A DNA stretch of 24,000 nucleotides from Bacillus mycoides (GCF_001757995.1 NZ_LXLV01000052.1:26424-50423), one strand, 5' to 3'; positions 8,983-18,586 are shown, counted from the stretch's first letter. Numbers and translations are program-made. Notes: a model not told the origin generated them from the letters alone.

Positions 8983-9943
8983 ACCCATACAAAATCGCAT
9001 GAAATACACCTAACAGTAAGTATTGATCCTGTATATAATCATCATCGTATACATTCATCTCGATGTAATACATATCTTCCTCAAGACGAATATTCCAATC
9101 TGCGATTACATAGCCCTTTCGTAATAACTTTCCAATCCCAATTGAATTTTTGTGAACAACATATTCTTCTGTCTTATATGTAAAGGTAAATAAGAAATTT
9201 GCATCCAATAACTTTCCGTCACATACAATTATTTCTTGCTCTACTTCATCATTATCAATGTACGTTACTAAAATCTTTCTTTGGCGCCGCCTACTTACAT
9301 CCTTTGCGATGATGCGAATATTGTCCTTACTATCCTTTATTTCGTAATTGATATTACTACCAACTTTCGGAATGAAGTCTAGCACTTTCATCAACGTATT
9401 TTTATAATAGCCCCGTACTACGCCTTCTTGTTTACTTCCATTGTAAACCTCTATCGGCTTCATGTCCGCTTTACTATCACACAGTCGTTTGTAAGAAAGC
9501 TGCATCATTCGCTCTCCTCTTAAGTACTGATCAAACGTCACAGGATATTCTATCGCGCGCAGTTCCTTATTTAGCTCATATAAATAGCGTTGAACGCTCT
9601 CTACTAATGTTGTAGTAGATATACGCTCTTGAAGTTCAAATTCTTGCCAACCGGAAGAAACCCTCCACTGATTGTCCTCTTCATAGGAGAAACCAAGAAT
9701 AACCTCATCACGGTCAACTGTTTCATAATTCATCTGTACGTTCTGCCCGTGTTGAACTTGTTCCATCCACTGTCCTAAATAAATGCCCAGCTCTGCGACC
9801 TTCATGCATGACTTCTGAAAAAGTACTCTTTCACCCACACAAATCGTTAAATCCCCTTCGATAAAGCCATTTGCATAAGCAACATACCGTGGCTCATCCT
9901 TCTGTGGAATAGCCTTGTCTAACTCAAATAAAAACGTTAACAT
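8981..9943 (-). CDS. uncharacterised protein, C-terminal half possibly tubby/scramblase-like
   Basis: 320 aa continuous ORF; beta-rich C-terminus ending IRLEEDMYYIEMNVYDDDYIQDQYLLLGVFHAILYG; domain label recalled, not verified. Confidence 0.6.
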   Translation of the reverse strand: MLTFLFELDKAIPQKDEPRYVAYANGFIEGDLTICVGERVLFQKSCMKVAELGIYLGQWMEQVQHGQNVQMNYETVDRDEVILGFSYEEDNQWRVSSGWQEFELQERISTTTLVESVQRYLYELNKELRAIEYPVTFDQYLRGERMMQLSYKRLCDSKADMKPIEVYNGSKQEGVVRGYYKNTLMKVLDFIPKVGSNINYEIKDSKDNIRIIAKDVSRRRQRKILVTYIDNDEVEQEIIVCDGKLLDANFLFTFTYKTEEYVVHKNSIGIGKLLRKGYVIADWNIRLEEDMYYIEMNVYDDDYIQDQYLLLGVFHAILYG

Positions 9944-10106
9944 CCTTCACTCACCTCTAGTTGTTACACAGCTCATACATGACATCGCATCACTCTGAGA
10001 AACTATGTATATACACATATTTAATTAACGCCTTATAACACTTGAATGACATTAGTATAGTAGCGCTATTTTTTCTTCGCGAACTCCCTCAAAACAGTAT
10101 ACTCTC

Positions 10107-10201
10107 AATATATCGACCACAACTCAAGATATATCAGCGATTTCCCTAATATATCGACCATAACTCAAATTATATCAGCGATTTTTTCAATATATCGATT
10201 T
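10107..10201. repeat. short tandem repeat, 41-bp unit, about 2.3 copies
   Basis: AATATATCGACCAcAACTCAAgaTATATCAGCGATTTcccT; AATATATCGACCATAACTCAAATTATATCAGCGATTTTTTC; AATATATCGATTT. Confidence 0.8.
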
Positions 10202-10229
10202 ACCGACACCGATCGACAATATGGAAATC

Positions 10230-10934
10230 TTATGAGAAGGAAACTACTTTTCCTTCTACAATTTCCATAATACGAAGCAGACTCTCCACTTCATAAGTCG
10301 GCTTAACGCTTGTCGTATTTTCTTTCAAACTCGGGTTATACCAACACGTATCAATACCGTAATCTTCTCCGCCTTTCATATCAGAAGTTAAGGAATCTCC
10401 AACCATTAGTACGCTTGATTTATCCGTAATCCCAAGCTTTTCAAATGCATAATCAAAAATCTCACGTGCTGGTTTCTGATGACCCACTTCTTCAGAAATA
10501 ATAATATGTTCAAAGAAGTTTCGTAAAGGTGAATTTCCAATTCTCGATTGTTGTACCTTAGTGTATCCATTCGTAATTATACCTAACTTGCAATCTTGAA
10601 GACCCTCACATAATTGCACTGCACCTTCTATAAGGTGTACTTCTTTCCCTAAGTTTGCAAGGTATACGTCACTAAATTGCTGCGCGTCTACTTCTATATT
10701 ATGAAGAGCAAATAATTGTCTAAATCGATCTACCGCTAATTCACTTAGCGTAATCATTTTATTTTCTAAATCTCTCCATAATCCATTACTAATCTCTTTA
10801 TAACTTGCAAGATAATCATTATACCCTGTAGGCATGCCAAACTGTACAAACGCATTATGTAATGCGTTTCTTTCCGTTTCAGGGAAATCTAATAATGTAT
10901 CGTCTACGTCAAATAGTATTACTTTGTATTTCAT
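10230..10934 (-). CDS. HAD-superfamily hydrolase, YjjG-family noncanonical pyrimidine nucleotidase
   Basis: 234 aa; ILFDVDDTLLDF, GIITNG, HQKPAREIFDYA, VLMVGDSLTSDMKGG motifs. Confidence 0.88.
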   Translation of the reverse strand: MKYKVILFDVDDTLLDFPETERNALHNAFVQFGMPTGYNDYLASYKEISNGLWRDLENKMITLSELAVDRFRQLFALHNIEVDAQQFSDVYLANLGKEVHLIEGAVQLCEGLQDCKLGIITNGYTKVQQSRIGNSPLRNFFEHIIISEEVGHQKPAREIFDYAFEKLGITDKSSVLMVGDSLTSDMKGGEDYGIDTCWYNPSLKENTTSVKPTYEVESLLRIMEIVEGKVVSFS

Positions 10935-10984
10935 GATGCTCTCCTCAATTCCTATATTCTCATAGCTTAATTATAGCAACAATA

Positions 10985-11019
10985 AGAAAAGGAGGCTAAT
11001 CCAAATCAGCCTCCCTTCT
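10985..11019 (-). terminator. Rho-independent terminator downstream of tyrosine phosphatase gene
   Basis: AGAAAAGGAGGCT / AGCCTCCCTTCT stem; U-rich on minus strand. Confidence 0.7.
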
Positions 11020-11021
11020 CA

Positions 11022-12044
11022 TTATTTATCTTCTAACAATAACACTTTCATTCCCTCTAACGATTCTTTCGTAAAACCAAGAGCTTGTTCAGCGTACGCT
11101 TCCACTGATCCGTATTGCTTTTTAATTTCACCAATCGCAGCTTGTAAATACTCAGCACGAGCTTCAAACATCGCACCTAATATCGCTCTACTTTCATCGT
11201 TTTGTAATTTTGCACCTAAAAATGCCATCATTTTTTCGTTTAACTTCTCACGGAAACCGTTACTTAGTAAGTAGTCTTCCATTACTGTTTTTTCTGGCAC
11301 ACCTAGTAAAAGTAATAATAACGCTGACCCAAATCCAGTACGGTCTTTTCCAGCTGTACAGTGGTTTACTAATGGTAAGTTTTCTGGATTTTGCGCGAGT
11401 TGTAAGAAACTCACGAACGCCTCATTACCACTTACGAAATCTTGATTCATTTTCACAAGATATTCGCCCGGTTTCCCTAATACTGATAAATCACCAACTT
11501 GGAAAAATTCATTTATGTTCAAGTCTTTCGCCAAGTCTTGCATAACTGGTAAGCATACTTGACGAGCACCTGTAATGCCTGGATTCGGCTTATGCTTTAC
11601 TTCAAAATCTGTACGGTAATCACAAATTAACTTTAAGCCCGCCTTCTGTAAATACTCAATATCCCATTCTGTTAATCCTGCTAATTCTTCAGAACGATAC
11701 AATTTACCCCATTTTACTTTACGGCCTTCAGTCGTTTCATATCCTCCCATATCACGGAAGTTAAACGCACCTTGTAATGGCAATCTGCGCTCCGCGACTG
11801 TAACTGCTTGTCCATTACTTCCTACTAACCTAAAATAGGGACGCTCATTTTCACTCGGATTTGCAATTGTAGTAAATGACTCTCCATTTACCGTCACAAG
11901 TAATTCACCATTTTCTTCAATATGATCTGGTGAAGTACTCCAATAAATTTTAACTTCTTCTATATTATTTTCCCACTCTATATGTAACGTGTTATCTTCA
12001 TTTCGTTCTACAGTTGCTTGTAACCAATTTATTTGTTGCTTCAT
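11022..12044 (-). CDS. tyrosine-protein phosphatase (Y_phosphatase3-like)
   Basis: 340 aa; NFRDMGGY, LYRSEELAGLT, HCTAGKDRTGFGSA P-loop (CX5R). Confidence 0.9.
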   Translation of the reverse strand: MKQQINWLQATVERNEDNTLHIEWENNIEEVKIYWSTSPDHIEENGELLVTVNGESFTTIANPSENERPYFRLVGSNGQAVTVAERRLPLQGAFNFRDMGGYETTEGRKVKWGKLYRSEELAGLTEWDIEYLQKAGLKLICDYRTDFEVKHKPNPGITGARQVCLPVMQDLAKDLNINEFFQVGDLSVLGKPGEYLVKMNQDFVSGNEAFVSFLQLAQNPENLPLVNHCTAGKDRTGFGSALLLLLLGVPEKTVMEDYLLSNGFREKLNEKMMAFLGAKLQNDESRAILGAMFEARAEYLQAAIGEIKKQYGSVEAYAEQALGFTKESLEGMKVLLLEDK

Positions 12045-12224
12045 ACTTTCACCAACGCCTTCTTCGTATAGTCTAATCCTTCTCTATTGTATTATAGGAA
12101 AGCTTACTTTGTCGTTTCGATTTTTCTTTTTATCTTACAAACATGCAAAAAGTTCTTTTACTTGTTCATAAGTTGTACACGTATTCCCGCTAAATGAGTT
12201 CGCGAGGCTACATCATTCATCCTT

Positions 12225-12947
12225 CTAAACCCTTTTCACATATCGCTCCGTACAACTCAGCTGCTGACATCCATTCTTTTCAAAAACATCCTTCATCCAC
12301 TCATCTTGTGCATTTGCTTCACCAATATAATAAGTAGCTCCTATTTCTTTTAATACAAACATGGTTTTTGTAAATAAGTCAGATTCATATCCTTTATTTC
12401 GCATACTCTGAGCGACTGCGAAATACATTAGTTTCCCTTCTTCTAATGTCCCCCGTTCAATATGAGGAACTACCATTCCTATTGGCTTTTCATTCAAGAT
12501 TACTGTTAAACAATGTTCTTTCCATTGCCCACCAATTTCTTGTTCCATCATATTTACAAATTGATCATAAGCTATTTCTTCTTCCATCAGCTCATTCCAA
12601 AGAGAATAAAAAGCGTCTTCTCCGACCTCTTCAATAAGCTTAAAATCAATATCACTTTCTATATCTTCCACTTCAAATATATCTTTAAATACTATTATAT
12701 TTTCAGCAATATGTTCAAATGAATACTTTCCAAAGCATTTCTTATATACATCATAATTGGGACTTTTCGAAGAAACTTCAAATTGTAGATTTTCTAATCC
12801 ACCTTTTTTCGCCTCAGTAACAAAATATTGCACCATTTCTTCAATTTGCTCTTCTGTAAAAACTGCCGCATTATTTTCTTTTATCGTTATAGTAGAAACT
12901 TCTCTTCTTATTTTAAAGTTTTTTTCTAATTGTTTTATAATCGTCAT
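12225..12947 (-). CDS. GNAT-family N-acetyltransferase
   Basis: 240 aa; LTVILNEKPIGMVVPH and MRNKGYESDLFTKTMFVLKEIGA acetyl-CoA-binding-like region. Confidence 0.7.
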   Translation of the reverse strand: MTIIKQLEKNFKIRREVSTITIKENNAAVFTEEQIEEMVQYFVTEAKKGGLENLQFEVSSKSPNYDVYKKCFGKYSFEHIAENIIVFKDIFEVEDIESDIDFKLIEEVGEDAFYSLWNELMEEEIAYDQFVNMMEQEIGGQWKEHCLTVILNEKPIGMVVPHIERGTLEEGKLMYFAVAQSMRNKGYESDLFTKTMFVLKEIGATYYIGEANAQDEWMKDVFEKNGCQQLSCTERYVKRV

Positions 12948-13070
12948 ACTCTTCCCTCATCTATGTAATACTTGAATTTAACTTTCTTCTCCTTGCATGA
13001 GCAGGATTGTCCTTGAATATATAGAATACAAGAAAAGATCGCATCTTTAAAGTGCGGAGGAGGTTCTCCA

Positions 13071-13910
13071 TTGGATATTACAGCGCTGCAACAACAGTTA
13101 GAGCTTATACAACAAAATGATTATTCGCAAATGCAACATATAGATATAAATGAGCTAACAACGAATATGCTTAAGCACATTGGAACTACTGACAGTTACA
13201 TTCGCTATCAGCTGATTTATAATTGTTTTTCTCACTTTATTCAATATGAGCTTCTACTCGATGATCAACTTAAATTACTTTTACATACTTGTTTAAGCGA
13301 TGAATACTTATATTTTGATATTAATTCCCCATATACAGATGGGGTTTTCACACGCTCTTATACTGTTTCATTAATTGCTTTAATTCTCCAATTTTCCAAC
13401 TCTCACTACTTTCTAACTGAGGAGGATATTACAGAAATAAAACAAAAGCTCATAACATATACAAATTTAGAGACTGATTTCCGCGGATATATTGAGGATA
13501 AAGGCTGGGCTCATTGTATTGCACACGTTTCTGATGCATTTAATGAAATTGTCCAAAATTCCTATATTACCTTTGAATGCTATGAAGAAATGACACATTG
13601 TTTATTAAATAAAATCTTCACTTCAGCAGATATTTATCATAATAATGAAGATGAAAGAGTTGTTACTCCTTTAGTATCAATGGTATATCATGACTTTGCA
13701 CAAGAAGATTTGATTTCAATTATTCATAAGAAATTACAGAGACTTCCTCAAATTAGAAAACGCCTTTCTCTCAATGAATATTGCATTTTATGCGCCAACA
13801 TTAAAACATTTTTACGTACATTATTCTTTAGAACAAAAAATGATCACAACTTAGCTTTTACCGCACATAAGACGGAAAAAATGTTAAAAGAACTGCCCAA
13901 CTATTATTAA
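13071..13910 (+). CDS. DUF2785-like protein
   Basis: 279 aa, alpha-helical; TTG start preceded by ggaggagg; family assignment from recall. Confidence 0.65.
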   Translation: MDITALQQQLELIQQNDYSQMQHIDINELTTNMLKHIGTTDSYIRYQLIYNCFSHFIQYELLLDDQLKLLLHTCLSDEYLYFDINSPYTDGVFTRSYTVSLIALILQFSNSHYFLTEEDITEIKQKLITYTNLETDFRGYIEDKGWAHCIAHVSDAFNEIVQNSYITFECYEEMTHCLLNKIFTSADIYHNNEDERVVTPLVSMVYHDFAQEDLISIIHKKLQRLPQIRKRLSLNEYCILCANIKTFLRTLFFRTKNDHNLAFTAHKTEKMLKELPNYY

Positions 13911-13927
13911 GTACAAGGAGAAAAAAT

Positions 13928-14377
13928 ATGGGTTATATTGAAGACATGAGACAACGAGTAGGAAATCATCCACTCATTTTAATAGGGTCACACGCCATTA
14001 TATTAAATGAAAATAATGAAATATTACTGCAGCTCCGTACAGATTTTAACCGCTGGGGTATTGTCGGTGGCGCATTAGAATATAACGAAACACTGGAAGA
14101 CGCTTTAAAACGCGAAGTATTTGAAGAAACTGGACTTACCGTAAAAAATGTAGAACTGTTCCGTACATACTCAGGACCAGATTTCTATCAAATCTATCCA
14201 AACGGCGATCAAGTTCATGGTGTACTTGTTATTTATATTTGCCGTGAATTTCAAGGTGAGCTTGTATGCGATCAAACTGAATCAAAAGAATTACGCTTCT
14301 TTCCGCTTGATGAGTTGCCTAGCAATCTTCCTCCTGTTATTGAGAGAATTATTAAGGAATTTCAGCACTCCCATTAA
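13928..14377 (+). CDS. NUDIX hydrolase
   Basis: 149 aa; Nudix box GGALEYNETLEDALKREVFEETGL. Confidence 0.93.
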   Translation: MGYIEDMRQRVGNHPLILIGSHAIILNENNEILLQLRTDFNRWGIVGGALEYNETLEDALKREVFEETGLTVKNVELFRTYSGPDFYQIYPNGDQVHGVLVIYICREFQGELVCDQTESKELRFFPLDELPSNLPPVIERIIKEFQHSH

Positions 14378-14387
14378 TACATTAAAG

Positions 14388-14416
14388 ATAGTCAAGATAG
14401 AACCTATCTTGACTAT
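14388..14416 (+). terminator. Rho-independent terminator of the DUF2785-like/NUDIX operon
   Basis: ATAGTCAAGATAG-AAC-CTATCTTGACTAT followed by ACTTTTCT. Confidence 0.75.
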
Positions 14417-14463
14417 ACTTTTCTAGAAATAATGGTTCTTTCTTTCATTTTAAATAGTAATAT

Positions 14464-14506
14464 AAAAACCTCATTTCCCGTCATTATAACGCGAAATGAG
14501 GTTTTT
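14464..14506. terminator. second terminator-like hairpin
   Basis: AAAAACCTCATTTC...GAAATGAGGTTTTT perfect 14-bp arms. Confidence 0.7.
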
Positions 14507-14574
14507 ATCGTTCACCGTAAATCCGTATTGTCCCCATAATAGATACTTTATTAAATATTTTTTCTGTAACAATA

Positions 14575-14850
14575 TTATTCCTTAAATAAACGATATTCGT
14601 GTTCTCTTTCTACAACTTTATATCCCTTTACAAAAAGTATAGTTATATAAGAAACAATAAATGAAAAAATAGTATACATGCCCACCCAAAAGAAAAATTC
14701 TGGATCATACACTGTAACATTTAATATAAGAAAAACTACAAATGTTACAATTGGCATCATATAAAATGTACTCACTCTATATGTCACAGCAATTGAAAGC
14801 ATACAAATAAGTAATGGATACATACATAAAATAAAAATGAATTCACTCAC
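14575..14850 (-). CDS. small membrane protein of unknown function
   Basis: GTG start at 14850 is preceded by AGAAAGGGGG RBS; track start at 14937 has an unlikely Cys-rich extension; several TM segments. Confidence 0.6.
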   Translation of the reverse strand: MSEFIFILCMYPLLICMLSIAVTYRVSTFYMMPIVTFVVFLILNVTVYDPEFFFWVGMYTIFSFIVSYITILFVKGYKVVEREHEYRLFKE

Positions 14851-14955
14851 GTTTTTGTCCCCCTTTCTGAAGAAATAATAGATTTCTCGAAAACATTTTG
14901 GGGAACAACAAAGTTTTATATTTTTATCTTTCGTCAACTTTTAATACATATAATG

Positions 14956-15336
14956 TTAGATTGTTATCTCAATCTGATTTCCTTCCGGATCACTTACTAC
15001 ACTTTCATAATAGCCATCCCCTGTAGTACGCGGGCCGTTTAACACAGGGTATCCTGCTTCTCTTAACATATCAGTTAATTGGTTCACTTTTTCTTTACTA
15101 CCTACAGAAAAAGCAATATGCGCATATCCTATTGTTTGTGTTTGTATTTTATCGTCTATCCCTACTTGCTTCATAAGTTCTAGACGAGCGCCACCTTCAA
15201 AAGTTATAAAATAAGATTCAAACTGTTTTTCCGAGTTGCGATATAATCTATTCGCTTCACCATTGAAGTACTTTTTATAGAAATCACGCATGACTTCTAA
15301 ATCATTAACCCAAATAGCTACATGTTCAATTTTCAT
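14956..15336 (-). CDS. VOC family (glyoxalase/bleomycin-resistance fold) protein
   Basis: [24 protein letters not shown]...[11 protein letters not shown]...DPEGNQIEI; internal Met at 15336 preferred with AAGGTGTCGG upstream. Confidence 0.9.
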   Translation of the reverse strand: MKIEHVAIWVNDLEVMRDFYKKYFNGEANRLYRNSEKQFESYFITFEGGARLELMKQVGIDDKIQTQTIGYAHIAFSVGSKEKVNQLTDMLREAGYPVLNGPRTTGDGYYESVVSDPEGNQIEITI

Positions 15337-15397
15337 AACCGACACCTTTTCTTTTATGTTATACAATCAACAATTTGATGCTTAATTGCAAGTACAT

Positions 15398-16438
15398 TTA
15401 ATTGTCTTTATTTGTTTTAGTAATCATGAGATCAAGTCCAAGACTTTTTAATCCATGTAAATAATCTTCTTTCCAATCACTCACTGTTACTTTAGGAATA
15501 TGTTCCGCTGGAATGTACTTCGGACAAGTTTTTACAATTTGATCTATTACAAATTGGTTCACTTCATCATCACAGAAGATAAACGCATGAGGGTTAATAA
15601 TAGCTATAAATGCAGATATTAAACGGGTAATAGCATCTATATTGTATTTCTCTGGATTATTAGAATCTCTCACTTCATCTCCACTTCTCAAAGCTTGTAA
15701 GAAATTTTTATTATCATACTGCGGAACGAAAGATATCTCTCCTGAAAAAAATGTACTTCCTCGTACCACATCTCCATTTATCATAATACCTGCACCTGGA
15801 CCATTTTGACCTGAATACAAATATACAAGAGATGAATTATCATTATTTCCAGTGTTTTTATGATAGCCAAGGACTGCGGCATTCATATCGTTTTCTATTA
15901 CTACAGGTATAGAGAATAAATCCTCCAAATGACTTTTTAAATTAAAATTCTGAAACTTTTCATAACCAGGTATATAAAAAATACGACCATTATCAACCGA
16001 ACCGGGCACACCAATTGATATAGAGCTTATTTTCGGAAATGTAGCTATAAGACTTTCTATATGTTTAGATAATAGGTTTACGCCAGTATCAATTAATACA
16101 CTTGAAGTACTTCCTTGTTCTTTTACTTCCCCTAAACAGTTAAAAATTGTATAGTTCGTCTCATTTTTTTCTAAAAATATCGCTAAACCTAACATATATT
16201 CCGGATTATATGCATATCGTTTTGCTCTTCTTCCACCACTTGAATCATCTAGACCGACTAGAGTGATTTCACCGTCTTGTTTCATTTTTTCTATAAATTT
16301 ACTTACAGTTGGAAAACTGATTTCTAATTTATTGCTAAGTTCAACTTTCGTTGCACTACCTCGCTCTAAAAGAGCTGCACGAATACTACGAAATATAGTC
16401 TCTTTAATCGATTTTGGAGTAACAAATTGTTCACTCAC
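15398..16438 (-). CDS. ROK-family transcriptional repressor
   Basis: N-terminal winged HTH (GSATKVELSNKLEISFPTVSKFIEKM) plus ROK domain; GTG start at 16438 (VSEQFVTPK) is plausible, track start is 16462. Confidence 0.85.
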   Translation of the reverse strand: MSEQFVTPKSIKETIFRSIRAALLERGSATKVELSNKLEISFPTVSKFIEKMKQDGEITLVGLDDSSGGRRAKRYAYNPEYMLGLAIFLEKNETNYTIFNCLGEVKEQGSTSSVLIDTGVNLLSKHIESLIATFPKISSISIGVPGSVDNGRIFYIPGYEKFQNFNLKSHLEDLFSIPVVIENDMNAAVLGYHKNTGNNDNSSLVYLYSGQNGPGAGIMINGDVVRGSTFFSGEISFVPQYDNKNFLQALRSGDEVRDSNNPEKYNIDAITRLISAFIAIINPHAFIFCDDEVNQFVIDQIVKTCPKYIPAEHIPKVTVSDWKEDYLHGLKSLGLDLMITKTNKDN

Positions 16439-16463
16439 ATCGCTCACCGCCTTAATCAACATG

Positions 16464-16485
16464 CTTATTAAACTCTTTTAATAAG
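16464..16485. promoter_or_regulatory. putative ROK-repressor operator 1
   Basis: CTTATTAAA-CTCT-TTTAATAAG, perfect 9-bp arms. Confidence 0.7.
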
Positions 16486-16560
16486 TTGCGTTGACAATAT
16501 ATCATACATCATTTTCTAAAGCAATAGAGATGATATATTTCCGCTCGATGCACTCCTTAT

Positions 16561-17754
16561 TTAGCTCCATTTATTCTCTCTCGTAACAGACGATACAATT
16601 CCAGACAAGAATACAAATAATAAAACAGCTAGCAAGGCATTGCGTATTCCGAAGACTTCCCCCAGTATACCTAAAAATGGTGGTCCGACTAAAAAGGCTG
16701 TATAACCGATTATAGAAACTGCAGCAACATTAGAAGTCGCATTTTCACGGTCATCTCCAGCAGCAGACAGACCAATTGGGAAACCTAGCGCTGCACCAAT
16801 CCCCCAAAGTATTACACCAAATGCCAGAAAATACGAGTTACTCCCAAATATTACGATTGAAATTCCTATGATAGCCATAATAATAGTAGCACGTACGACA
16901 ACGACACGACCGAAGTGATCAAGAAAATAACTACTACACATACGAGCTAATGTCATTGCCAATACAAAAATTGTGTACATAATAGAACCTGTCACTACAC
17001 TTTGCTCATGTCCATCTACCATCACAATAGGTAGCCAATCATTTGCACTTCCTTCTGCAAATGCCATCCCGAGTACAAAAACACCAATTAAAAGCACCTT
17101 CTTTTCCATACGTAAAGAAGTACGCTTCGCTCGCTTGTTGTTCCGCCTTTTCTCCTTCTTTCCTGTTCCATACGGAAGAAAACGATACACCATACATACA
17201 AGTAATACAAACACGACCGAAATCGCAAGAAACTGATACAAAATAGGAATATGAAACAAAGCTGCAACAGATCCGCTGAGCGCTCCTACTAAAGTTCCTA
17301 CACTAAAAAAACCGTGAAATTTCGGAAGAAGTGTTGTTCCTAATTTCTGCTCAATTGAAGAACCTTCTACATTCAATGAGACTTCCGCCAATCCATATCC
17401 TACTCCAAATACTATTAAACTACCAAAAGCCCCAATGCTAGAGACAAAATAAATATTAATACCTAAACAAAGCAATCCAACAATCATAAAAAACATACTG
17501 CCTATAATAACGTCTCTAGCTCCCTTACAGTCAATAAGATGACTTGCGCTCAGTAAACCAATTATTGAACCGACAGATAGTCCGAACAAAATCCAGCCCA
17601 TTTCTGCATTTGACACTGCTAAAATATCTCGCACCGCTGCTGTTCTTGAAATCCATGTAGCAAACGCGACACCTGGCAAAGCAAATAAGAGGAATAGAGC
17701 GTTTCGAGAGGCAAGTAATGTCTTTGTATGATTGTCCGCACTATATTTCTCCAT
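16561..17754 (-). CDS. MFS transporter (YbjJ-like)
   Basis: 12-TM-like hydrophobic profile; ALPGVAFATWISRTAAVRD; GAAAGGTG RBS supports ATG at 17754 rather than 17763. Confidence 0.88.
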   Translation of the reverse strand: MEKYSADNHTKTLLASRNALFLLFALPGVAFATWISRTAAVRDILAVSNAEMGWILFGLSVGSIIGLLSASHLIDCKGARDVIIGSMFFMIVGLLCLGINIYFVSSIGAFGSLIVFGVGYGLAEVSLNVEGSSIEQKLGTTLLPKFHGFFSVGTLVGALSGSVAALFHIPILYQFLAISVVFVLLVCMVYRFLPYGTGKKEKRRNNKRAKRTSLRMEKKVLLIGVFVLGMAFAEGSANDWLPIVMVDGHEQSVVTGSIMYTIFVLAMTLARMCSSYFLDHFGRVVVVRATIIMAIIGISIVIFGSNSYFLAFGVILWGIGAALGFPIGLSAAGDDRENATSNVAAVSIIGYTAFLVGPPFLGILGEVFGIRNALLAVLLFVFLSGIVSSVTRENKWS

Positions 17755-17810
17755 ATGAAACACCTTTCAAATTGTCTATACGATAATTTACGAACTGGTG
17801 AAAACGCCCT

Positions 17811-18374
17811 TTATTCGTCTATCGTTTTAATAACTTTAGCTGGATTACCACCAACTACTGCATTATTAGGTACATCTTTTGTCACAACTGCCCCTGAAGC
17901 GATTACAACATTGTCTCCAATTGAAATACCAGGGTTAATAATGGCTCCCCCGCCAACCCAAACATTGTTACCAATCTTTACAGGTTTCCCATATTCTTTG
18001 CCAGAATTCCGCTCTACCGGATGTAAAGGATGAGTGGCAGTATAAATATGGACACCAGGTGCAAACATACAATTGTCACCGATTCGAACTTCACAAACGT
18101 CCAAAATAACACAATTGAAATTTGCAAAAAAACTCTTTCCAATGTGGATATTGTAGCCGTAATCGCAACGAAAATCAGGTTTAATGTGTGATTTCCCGTC
18201 AGCTGAAGAACCTAAAAGCTGATTTAATAACGTAAACCGTTGTTCATCTCCTGTCTCCATCGCCTCGTTATAAAGGCGTGTTAACCGTTTCGTTTCAATC
18301 CTATCAGCTACTAATTCTTCGTCATCCGCAATATACATTTCTCCCGCCAACATCTTTTCTTTCTCAGTTTTCAT
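17811..18374 (-). CDS. maa: maltose O-acetyltransferase-like sugar acetyltransferase
   Basis: 187 aa; [18 protein letters not shown]-terminal motif and left-handed beta-helix hexapeptides [31 protein letters not shown]. Confidence 0.92.
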   Translation of the reverse strand: MKTEKEKMLAGEMYIADDEELVADRIETKRLTRLYNEAMETGDEQRFTLLNQLLGSSADGKSHIKPDFRCDYGYNIHIGKSFFANFNCVILDVCEVRIGDNCMFAPGVHIYTATHPLHPVERNSGKEYGKPVKIGNNVWVGGGAIINPGISIGDNVVIASGAVVTKDVPNNAVVGGNPAKVIKTIDE

Positions 18375-18405
18375 ATAATCATCTCCTTCGTTATCGAATG
18401 AATCA

Positions 18406-18429
18406 AACTTATTAAATTAGTTTAATAAG
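18406..18429. promoter_or_regulatory. putative ROK-repressor operator 2
   Basis: ACTTATTAAA-TTAG-TTTAATAAGT, perfect 10-bp arms. Confidence 0.7.
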
Positions 18430-18441
18430 TGACTTTAATTT

Positions 18442-18465
18442 AACTTATTAAACATGTTTAATAAG
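18442..18465. promoter_or_regulatory. putative ROK-repressor operator 3
   Basis: ACTTATTAAACATGTTTAATAAGT, perfect 24-bp palindrome. Confidence 0.75.
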
Positions 18466-18586
18466 TATCCCTATGTTAACATACTTTTTAATATATGCAA
18501 CTAATAAATTCAGTAAGAAAATGCGAATCCCTCATTTTACATGCAGATACAACGAATAAATAATTTAGATTCACATAGAAAAAACA

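Noticed and set aside
8905-9183. 92-aa plus ORF starting in the bcr-like repeat
   Set aside because: Antisense to the 320-aa gene; composition looks non-coding
12446-12975. Three plus-strand ORFs (12446-12637, 12513-12722, 12757-12975) opposite the GNAT gene
   Set aside because: Antisense shadows; Phe-rich compositions typical of reverse-complemented AT-rich genes
16973-18033. Plus ORFs 16973-17236, 17043-17246 and 17728-18033 opposite the MFS and maa genes
   Set aside because: Antisense shadow ORFs of strongly supported CDSs
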